Source: an uncultured bacterium
GTDB taxonomy: Bacteria; Edwardsbacteria; AC1; EtOH8
Length of the DNA: 64,000 nucleotides
Assembly (NCBI GenBank): GCA_937863685.1
Contig: CALMGM010000012.1
Coordinates: 1,816 to 65,815 of the forward strand
Direction of reading: 5' to 3'
In this document: piece after piece, positions 58,901 through 64,000 of the stretch
How the letters are laid out: every line of letters begins with the position of its first letter
How positions within the stretch are numbered: the first letter of the stretch is position 1
Made by a program: the position numbers and the translations under genes
Notes under the pieces: model-generated
Seen by the model: only the letters and a program-made list of their open reading frames with translations
Told to the model about the DNA's origin: nothing
The model's database searches: none

Positions 58901-60110
58901 CTCCGAAATAGCCGTTCGACGATACTATCGGCCCTCCGTTGGCCGTAAGGTTGTTGACCATTCTGGATGTATCAACAAACAGCTCATGGTCCATCGCCAG
59001 GTTGGGAACAATGTTGTCCTCAATTTTGGGCATTTCGTAGCTGGTGGTGCAGGGAATTGAACCTGAATAAATGAGGTTGAAGGTGTCCGTGAATACAGGT
59101 TTGGCGTAAAAAACACCCGATCCCCTGTTAATGGTAGCATTCTTACCGATGGTTAAATTCTGAACGGGATAATTCTGGCACATGCCGTTGAAAAGCCCCA
59201 ACCCGCCCTTGATGATGCCCGGGCAGGGCGGCCAGTAATCGGCCGAACTATTGATATTCAGGCTATCGAAACGGAGCGTATCGCTGAAGGGTGCGGAGAA
59301 GGTGATGCCCCCATTCTCATTAATATTTACAACCTCTGTGCCGGAGCTGTCAGAATAGGCGAAAAGGGTGTCACCCAAAGTAAGGCCAGAATAAAGATTA
59401 AGTATCGCCTTTTTACCGCTGCGAACAGAGATGTTGAAATTCATTCCCGCTTGCAATTTAAAACTTCCGGCGTACAGATTATAGGTCGCATTATACGGGG
59501 AAGGCCCATTGCTCGAAGTAGTTATTCCCACATAAGTGCTTGGGCCGAAATTAACTTGGCCGCCGGGTTCGATAACATTATAAGTTACATTATCGACATT
59601 GTTGCCATACAAGCCTGCACCTGCATAATGGAGAGTGATAGGACTGCTCACGGTCACGGAAACGTTTGCCGCGGCAATCTGCAATCGGGCAATATCGGTT
59701 GACCCCATCCCGTCGATGAATACGCTGGTGCTGCACATGTAACAAAGTCCATCGGCAGAAGCTCCTACCGTACCGTCATTGGTCACATTTCCCCAAAGTC
59801 TGACGTACCTGTTGGTCGTGGAATTGGCATATAGCATGGCGGTCCCTTCCACTTTAAGGCTGGCTGCCCTCTTGGGACTGGCCTCCACGATCACCGTATC
59901 ACCGGCTTGGATGGTTATGTTGGCATAGGGCGGCACAACAGGGGGAACAGCACTGGCTGCCACCCAGGCCGAACCGTTGTATGTTTCCCATGTGCCTATG
60001 GTTCCCCAATTCCCGTTCACCACCGAGCGGTAATCACCGACAGTTTGTGCGGCTGCCAGGCTGAAAGATACTACCAGCAGCACAGTTGATAACAAACGTA
60101 TTTTTTTCAT
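55974..60110 (-). CDS. Large (1378 aa) secreted protein with three tandem SbsA/Big_5-type Ig-like domains and a T9SS C-terminal sorting domain
   Basis: Signal peptide MKKIRLLSTVLLVVSFSLAAAQT. Three ~105-aa repeats start DT(I/V)(A/K)P(F/Y)I(T/V)..P.(D/W)GA..V. The C-terminus is ..SGVYIYQLRTMNRTLTKRMTILR. Confidence 0.75.
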   Translation of the reverse strand: MKKIRLLSTVLLVVSFSLAAAQTVGDYRSVVNGNWGTIGTWETYNGSAWVAASAVPPVVPPYANITIQAGDTVIVEASPKRAASLKVEGTAMLYANSTTNRYVRLWGNVTNDGTVGASADGLCYMCSTSVFIDGMGSTDIARLQIAAANVSVTVSSPITLHYAGAGLYGNNVDNVTYNVIEPGGQVNFGPSTYVGITTSSNGPSPYNATYNLYAGSFKLQAGMNFNISVRSGKKAILNLYSGLTLGDTLFAYSDSSGTEVVNINENGGITFSAPFSDTLRFDSLNINSSADYWPPCPGIIKGGLGLFNGMCQNYPVQNLTIGKNATINRGSGVFYAKPVFTDTFNLIYSGSIPCTTSYEMPKIEDNIVPNLAMDHELFVDTSRMVNNLTANGGPIVSSNGYFGVLGSFNKNSTDGYVIGYMGRQVPVWAAGQDVHFAVGTSQGYTPAVVHFNNVSKSGLLACMSNDGEHASAAVPQQTLKRWWNLGWRPDSIATFDDYGLDLTYLSSDFNADLLEADDELNMVAGKHDAGWAFPAIASRDTANNTIQLSGLIDFSDFTMAKNQNSLAPDTIAPFITATYPADGATEVALNTLMYVAFSEAVDTLSVSGTINPVPSPSYPTWNPTMDTMFYVHGDLETGTTYTLEITALNDLSGNPLVVLPDSFMFTTIVGDTVKPYIVSTSPADGASDVALDAAIYIAFSEPVDTLSLAGSMTPSPNEYPFWNASMDTLFLSHDPMSMNTVYNVKLTALNDLAGNPLAALPDSFMFTTTVGDTVKPYIVSVSPAWGAVDVGLNDTIVIAFSEPMNTDSLDGYTNPFHDFTPGWNAAGDTFTLIPQDPYPYSTVMSVIITSGIDLAGNSIEFLPDTVVQFTSSPFKGPEITLVQQPGDTYDGTGPFIVRAAITDLGKAGIAADTLWYTDNATDWWAVVHSSTDGDTFNYSIPGPLAAGTVIEFFFGAWDDGGAVQYDPGMYRGYQFRILSPLAPSGLSALGGNLTVDLTWTPPAQVLSYYLTNNTGFFQDAGNIVDTRFTPQHYPCKLEQAVSSWWDAAGLDSVELHVWADDGSGLPDRSAELVPPVTIMPLDYPAYTVVDLSAQNLVLSSGDFHIGYVIRTDNMPMPLSDSDGPGIRSLVYDSSAAAWGNLISGGTTYHDWSHESAVSYHDYSKGLALKSYLPKPGARPLAALADLKPVRIENKQAAVYPGMTGALFLAKNIAGYDLLRSNVSGGPYTGLSKVNDTTYTDTTVLNNNTYYYVVRAVYSSPDTFSAYSNEASATPTGVAGKPESQVYTLQLKSVAPNPMTTGRTTFKFSLPVSAQASLEVFNVLGQKVNTLFDGKLEAGNHAIDWNGTDRNGARLASGVYIYQLRTMNRTLTKRMTILR

Positions 60111-60194
60111 GTGTTGTCCCCTATATTAAGGTTTGTGATTTGTAATTGATTATATCAGGTTAGTTAATAATGTCAAGGATATAACCGTAAAAAT

Positions 60195-62192
60195 TTATTT
60201 CAATTGATATTCGGTGGAAATCGCTTTGGGCCCTCCTGGCAGGAACAGGGATATCCTCCGCAGGTTCTCTGCGGCCACCGGATTTCCCGGTTCCAGCAAC
60301 AGGGCCTGCTGGAAGGCGTCCCGGGCCTCCTCCACCCGGTTCAACCCGGCGTAAGTGCCTCCCAGGGCCAGATACAGGACGGCCTTGTTCCGTTCGTATC
60401 TTAGCGCCTGCAAAAAATAATCCAAGGATCGGTCGAACAGCAGGTTCTGGGCCAGATACATCCCCCTCTGGTACAGCATCTGCGGCATCATCCGGTAAAG
60501 CATTTTATCCCGGAGTGTCATGGTCATAGTGTCGGCATCGAACAACTGGCCGGAGAACATAAAATCGTCAGGCACCAGTTCGATCATGCCCGGAAGCTTC
60601 AGACGAAACAACAGCCCTTCGGGGATCCGCAGGTGGTACTTGGCTATTTCGGCGAAATCCCCCACCGGTTTATTCTGGGTAAGGTATGGCGGATTGTCGT
60701 AGTAGTTAGCAAGCAGTATAGAGTTTATCATGGCAATGAATTCCTGCTGAATGGCCTGCTGGTCGTAGGGTTGGCCGTGTTCAAAGGGGGACAGCTGTTT
60801 TTTAAAGGCCTCGATCCTTTCCCGGCAGGATCGGTACAGTTCCGGATAACGCTTGGCCAGGTAATCCAGGTACCAGCTCCTTCTCAGCAGTTCCTTGTCT
60901 ATCAATATGACATCGGGGCGGAGGTTGTCATTTTGTATCAAATAAAGGCAGGGTGAGTAGATATTCCAATTATCTGTCAGGATCAAACCGTTGGGTGCGG
61001 CAGATTCCAGGACATTGCTGGCCAGGGAATAGGCTAGCCGGCTCCGGCTATTATCGCCGCTTCTGAAGTTCAGCGTCAGCGGCAGGATGAACAGGGACAG
61101 CAGGATGCCGGAGACGGCCGCTCCGGCATTGGGCACCGGCAGCCGACCAACAACCAGCCTGCGCAGCCACTCCAGACCGAAGGCCGTCAAAATGAAGGAA
61201 ACAATGAATGCCGGCAGGAAATATGCTTCAATATCCGGGATGCTGTAATTGACCCCGTAGAACACCGCCAAAACAAAGATCGTAAACAGGGTCCAGAATA
61301 CTGCTTTGCTCTTTTTGAGCGCCAGGGATATCCCGGGAAGGATCAGCCACCATAGATAAACGGCGGGGTTGCCCAGCCACAGTCTGCCGAATTTTCCCAG
61401 GTTCCCCAGCAGTTCTTCGGCCGACTGGCTGAACATCCACACCCGGTATTGTTTCCCGCTGATATGCCAGAACAGCCGCTCCCAGTTGCTGGGATCGCCC
61501 CAGTTGAACAGCGGCCCCAGGCCGGAGCGAATGGGAAGGAAAAGATATATTGACAAGCCTGAGAGAAACAACAGGGCTCCGGCAACAACGATCTTCATCC
61601 TGGCTCTTCCCGACCCGGCAAATGACAGCATCAACAACCCGGGAATAAGCCACAACAGGCTCAAGTGATTGCCCAGCCCCAGCCCTGTTATAAAAGCCCC
61701 CAGCAGGAAATACCTGTCCTCCCGGCATTTGTGATATCTGATGCCCAGCCACAGCAGGGTCACGGCCAGCAGAGCGGTCAGGGCATAGACCTCCAAAAAG
61801 ACGGCCTGCTGCCAGATCACGGGCGAAAAGGCATATATCAGCGAAGATGAAAAAGCGATCTCATTTCTGATCTCCAATTCCGCTAGTATCCGGTACAGCC
61901 AACTGACCGAAAAAGCCATAAACAAGGCGGACAACAGGTTAAGTTTCCAGGCCAGCTCCCCGAAAGGAATAAGAAACACCCACAGCCTGCCGATCAGAGT
62001 ATATAGCGGATATCCGGTGGGATGCGCTATGCCCAGCGACTGGCAGACCAGCGATAGTTCCCCGGAATCTATCGGGCCTATGGTGGGGGCCATGGTTCTC
62101 AGGTATACCGAAACGGCGATAAAAAAAACGAGCCCGGGGCCCCAAACCGGGCTGATGCTCGTCTTGACCAGTTTAATTGCTTTATTTGTCAT
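60195..62192 (-). CDS. DUF2723/TMEM260-like GT-C-fold membrane glycosyltransferase (protein O-mannosyltransferase-like) with C-terminal TPR
   Basis: A polytopic N-terminal half with a GT-C-like first periplasmic loop (GPIDSGELSL, HPTGYPLY) and TPR-like C-terminal repeats. The start is trimmed to Met35 (62192) because the longer ORF overlaps tRNA-Arg. Confidence 0.6.
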   Translation of the reverse strand: MTNKAIKLVKTSISPVWGPGLVFFIAVSVYLRTMAPTIGPIDSGELSLVCQSLGIAHPTGYPLYTLIGRLWVFLIPFGELAWKLNLLSALFMAFSVSWLYRILAELEIRNEIAFSSSLIYAFSPVIWQQAVFLEVYALTALLAVTLLWLGIRYHKCREDRYFLLGAFITGLGLGNHLSLLWLIPGLLMLSFAGSGRARMKIVVAGALLFLSGLSIYLFLPIRSGLGPLFNWGDPSNWERLFWHISGKQYRVWMFSQSAEELLGNLGKFGRLWLGNPAVYLWWLILPGISLALKKSKAVFWTLFTIFVLAVFYGVNYSIPDIEAYFLPAFIVSFILTAFGLEWLRRLVVGRLPVPNAGAAVSGILLSLFILPLTLNFRSGDNSRSRLAYSLASNVLESAAPNGLILTDNWNIYSPCLYLIQNDNLRPDVILIDKELLRRSWYLDYLAKRYPELYRSCRERIEAFKKQLSPFEHGQPYDQQAIQQEFIAMINSILLANYYDNPPYLTQNKPVGDFAEIAKYHLRIPEGLLFRLKLPGMIELVPDDFMFSGQLFDADTMTMTLRDKMLYRMMPQMLYQRGMYLAQNLLFDRSLDYFLQALRYERNKAVLYLALGGTYAGLNRVEEARDAFQQALLLEPGNPVAAENLRRISLFLPGGPKAISTEYQLK

Positions 62193-62232
62193 TTTATGTT
62201 GTTTTATTGATTTGCAGTATTTTCCGCAAAAA

Positions 62233-62309
62233 TGGTGCGCCCGGCCCGATTTGAACGGGCAACCCCCAGCTTCGGAGGCTGGTGCTCTATCCAATTGAGC
62301 TACGAGCGC
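62233..62309 (-). tRNA. tRNA-Arg (anticodon CCG), CCA encoded
   Basis: Reverse complement GCGCTCGTAGCTCAATTGGATAGAGCACCAGCCTCCGAAGCTGGGGGTTGCCCGTTCAAATCGGGCCGGGCGCACCA. Anticodon stem CCAGC/GCTGG, loop CTCCGAA. Confidence 0.85.
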
Positions 62310-62358
62310 ATTGTCAAATAATTATATCTTTTATCAGATAAAAAATCAAGGGAATAAA

Positions 62359-63747
62359 CTACAGCTCCAGCTTTTGCCCGGGGTCGGGCACCAGCACCTC
62401 CCGGCCCTTCCCCTTGAAAGCCTCCCCCAGGCTCTGGCTTTGGGTTTCTTCGCCGTGGACCAGTATGATCTTCCCCGCCCCTTCCTTCATATTGCCCACA
62501 AAATTCAACAGATCGCTGCGGTCGGCATGGGCGGAAAACCCGTTCAGCACTTTGATCTCGGCCCTGACATCCTGCTCTTCGCCTAATATTTTTACCGATG
62601 GGGACTTGTCTACCAGCCGTTTTCCCAGAGTACCCTGGGCCTGGAAACCTACGATCAATATCATGTTCCTGGGATCGCCCAGCGAGTTCCTCAGGTGATG
62701 CAGCACCCTGCCGCCTTCGCACATTCCCGAGGCGGAGATGATGATGCAGGGGGCGTCCGTGTTGTTGAGTTTTTTGGAATCCTCCGCGGTCAGAACGTAG
62801 GTCAGCCGGCCGAAGCCGAAGGGATCGTGGTGATTAGTGATCTGTTCCCTGGTCTCTTTGTCGAAACATTCCGGATGCATCTTGAATACATTGGTGACAT
62901 TAACGGATAAAGGACTGTCCACATATATGGGAATGGCCGGCAGGGTGCCCGCTTCGAACATGCCGTGCAGTTCATAGACGATCTCCTGGGTGCGGCCCAC
63001 CGAAAAGGCCGGGATGATGATCTTGCCCCTGCGGTTATAGACCCGCCGGACCATCTCCTGCAGTTTCTGGCTGGTCTCTTCGATGGGCCCATGAAGCCTG
63101 TCACCGTAGGTGCTTTCCATCAGAAGGTAGTCGGCCCCGGTTGGTTGGTAAGGGTCGCGGATTATGGGGAGGTGATCGCGGCCCAGGTCCCCGGTAAAGA
63201 AGAATTTCTTGCCTTGGCCGTTCTCGGTAAGCTCCAGGTCCACCATGGCCGAACCCAGGATGTGGCCGGCATTGTGGAATACGGCCTTGACACCGGGCAG
63301 AGGGCTGAAAGCCCTTTCATAGGACAGGCTGACAAAATAATCCAGCGCCTTTTCGGCATCATCCATGGTATACAGAGGCTCCTTGGGGGGCATCCCTTTG
63401 GCCGCCCGTCTCTTGTTGACATATTTCAGGTCGCTCTCCTGAATATGGGCCGAATCCCGGAGCATCAGGCCCAGCAGGTCCCGGGTGGCTGAGGTCATGT
63501 AGATGTCCCCCTTGAATCCGTTCTTCACCAGGGTGGGAATGTTGCCGCTGTGGTCCAGATGGGCGTGGGACAGGATCATGGCGTCTACGCCGGCGGGATC
63601 GAAGGGCAGGTTCCGGTTGAGATTGTCGCTCTCCTCCCTCCGGCCCTGGTGGATTCCGCACTCCAGCAGCAGTCTTTTGCCATTCACTTCTATCAGGTGC
63701 ATGGATCCGGTGACGTTCTTGGCCGCCCCATGAAAAGTTATGTTCAT
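62359..63747 (-). CDS. Beta-CASP family metallo-beta-lactamase-fold RNA nuclease (CPSF73/RNase J-like)
   Basis: HAHLDHSG MBL motif near the N-terminus, beta-CASP motifs, and the C-terminal His (VHGE). 462 aa. Confidence 0.75.
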   Translation of the reverse strand: MNITFHGAAKNVTGSMHLIEVNGKRLLLECGIHQGRREESDNLNRNLPFDPAGVDAMILSHAHLDHSGNIPTLVKNGFKGDIYMTSATRDLLGLMLRDSAHIQESDLKYVNKRRAAKGMPPKEPLYTMDDAEKALDYFVSLSYERAFSPLPGVKAVFHNAGHILGSAMVDLELTENGQGKKFFFTGDLGRDHLPIIRDPYQPTGADYLLMESTYGDRLHGPIEETSQKLQEMVRRVYNRRGKIIIPAFSVGRTQEIVYELHGMFEAGTLPAIPIYVDSPLSVNVTNVFKMHPECFDKETREQITNHHDPFGFGRLTYVLTAEDSKKLNNTDAPCIIISASGMCEGGRVLHHLRNSLGDPRNMILIVGFQAQGTLGKRLVDKSPSVKILGEEQDVRAEIKVLNGFSAHADRSDLLNFVGNMKEGAGKIILVHGEETQSQSLGEAFKGKGREVLVPDPGQKLEL

Positions 63748-63778
63748 TTTATCGGGCCCCTTATGAAATATTATCAGT

Positions 63779-64000
63779 TCACAGCAGGCTGAGCTCGCCG
63801 CGTTCCAGCCGCAGCAGGCGCTCTTTCCATCCCACTCCGGCCGAGAAACCTCCGGTTGACAGGTCCTGCATTATCACCCGGTGGCAGGGTATCAGGATCG
63901 GAAGGGGGTTGAGGCCCAGCACCCGCCCCACCGCCTTGAAGGCCTTGGGATGATGGATCTGGTCGGCCAGCCATTTATAAGAACGGGTCTGGCCGTAGGG
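63779..64000 (-). CDS. ogt: Methylated-DNA--protein-cysteine methyltransferase (Ogt/MGMT), C-terminal part; the 5' end lies beyond the window
   Basis: Translating the reverse strand from 64000 gives ..TRSYKWLADQIHHPKAFKAVGRVLGLNPLPILIPCHRVI..LLRLERGELSLL* with the PCHRV active site. It is absent from the ORF track because there is no in-window Met. Confidence 0.7.
   Translation of the reverse strand, partial: PYGQTRSYKWLADQIHHPKAFKAVGRVLGLNPLPILIPCHRVIMQDLSTGGFSAGVGWKERLLRLERGELSLL

Noticed and set aside
62192-62294. N-terminal extension of the DUF2723 ORF (MDRAPASEAGGCPFKSGRAHHF..)
   Set aside because: It overlaps tRNA-Arg(CCG) on the same strand. The start was trimmed to Met35 at 62192.
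63774-63974. 66-aa minus-strand ORF from the track
   Set aside because: It is in the wrong frame. The real gene here is the Met-less, window-truncated ogt in another minus-strand frame (63779-64000, PCHRV motif).
1-64000. CRISPR arrays, integrases, transposases, phage structural genes
   Set aside because: None recognisable. No regular direct-repeat/spacer array was seen, and no tyrosine/serine recombinase or DDE motifs were identified in any ORF. The palindromic intergenic repeats are irregular in spacing and unlike CRISPR.

Overview
This 64-kb window is GC-rich (about 60%) chromosomal DNA, densely coding. It looks like a diderm bacterium: it has an Omp85/BamA homologue, three tandem GT9 LPS heptosyltransferases, and three large secreted proteins ending in T9SS-type C-terminal sorting domains. 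That points to an FCB-superphylum-like, possibly candidate, lineage, but the lineage assignment is inference. Most of the window is core housekeeping: tal, a split transketolase, topA, trmFO, thyA-folA, purB, psd-pssA, purS-purQ-purL, msrA, leuS, holA, a 3'-partial ogt, plus tRNA-Gly(CCC) and tRNA-Arg(CCG). The accessory content worth a second look: (1) an APH(3')-family aminoglycoside phosphotransferase gene flanked by an imperfect ~29-bp direct repeat that duplicates the 3' end of the upstream gene; (2) a 5.4-kb gene for a giant LVIVD/FN3/dockerin/T9SS surface protein whose first ~1 kb is an AT-rich in-frame block inside an otherwise GC-rich gene, next to PEGA, lipoprotein and beta-barrel genes; (3) several AT-rich islets carrying small orphan genes (4.8-5.1 kb, 9.2-9.9 kb, 49.9-51.2 kb); (4) a modular family of palindromic intergenic repeats recurring at five or more loci; (5) a GAF-GGDEF protein with a degenerate A-site (RLDEDKF) that keeps its I-site, plus an HD-GYP gene inserted between purQ and purL; (6) a perfect sigma70-consensus promoter followed about 25 nt later by an intrinsic-terminator-like hairpin in front of tal. 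No CRISPR array, integrase or transposase was recognisable.
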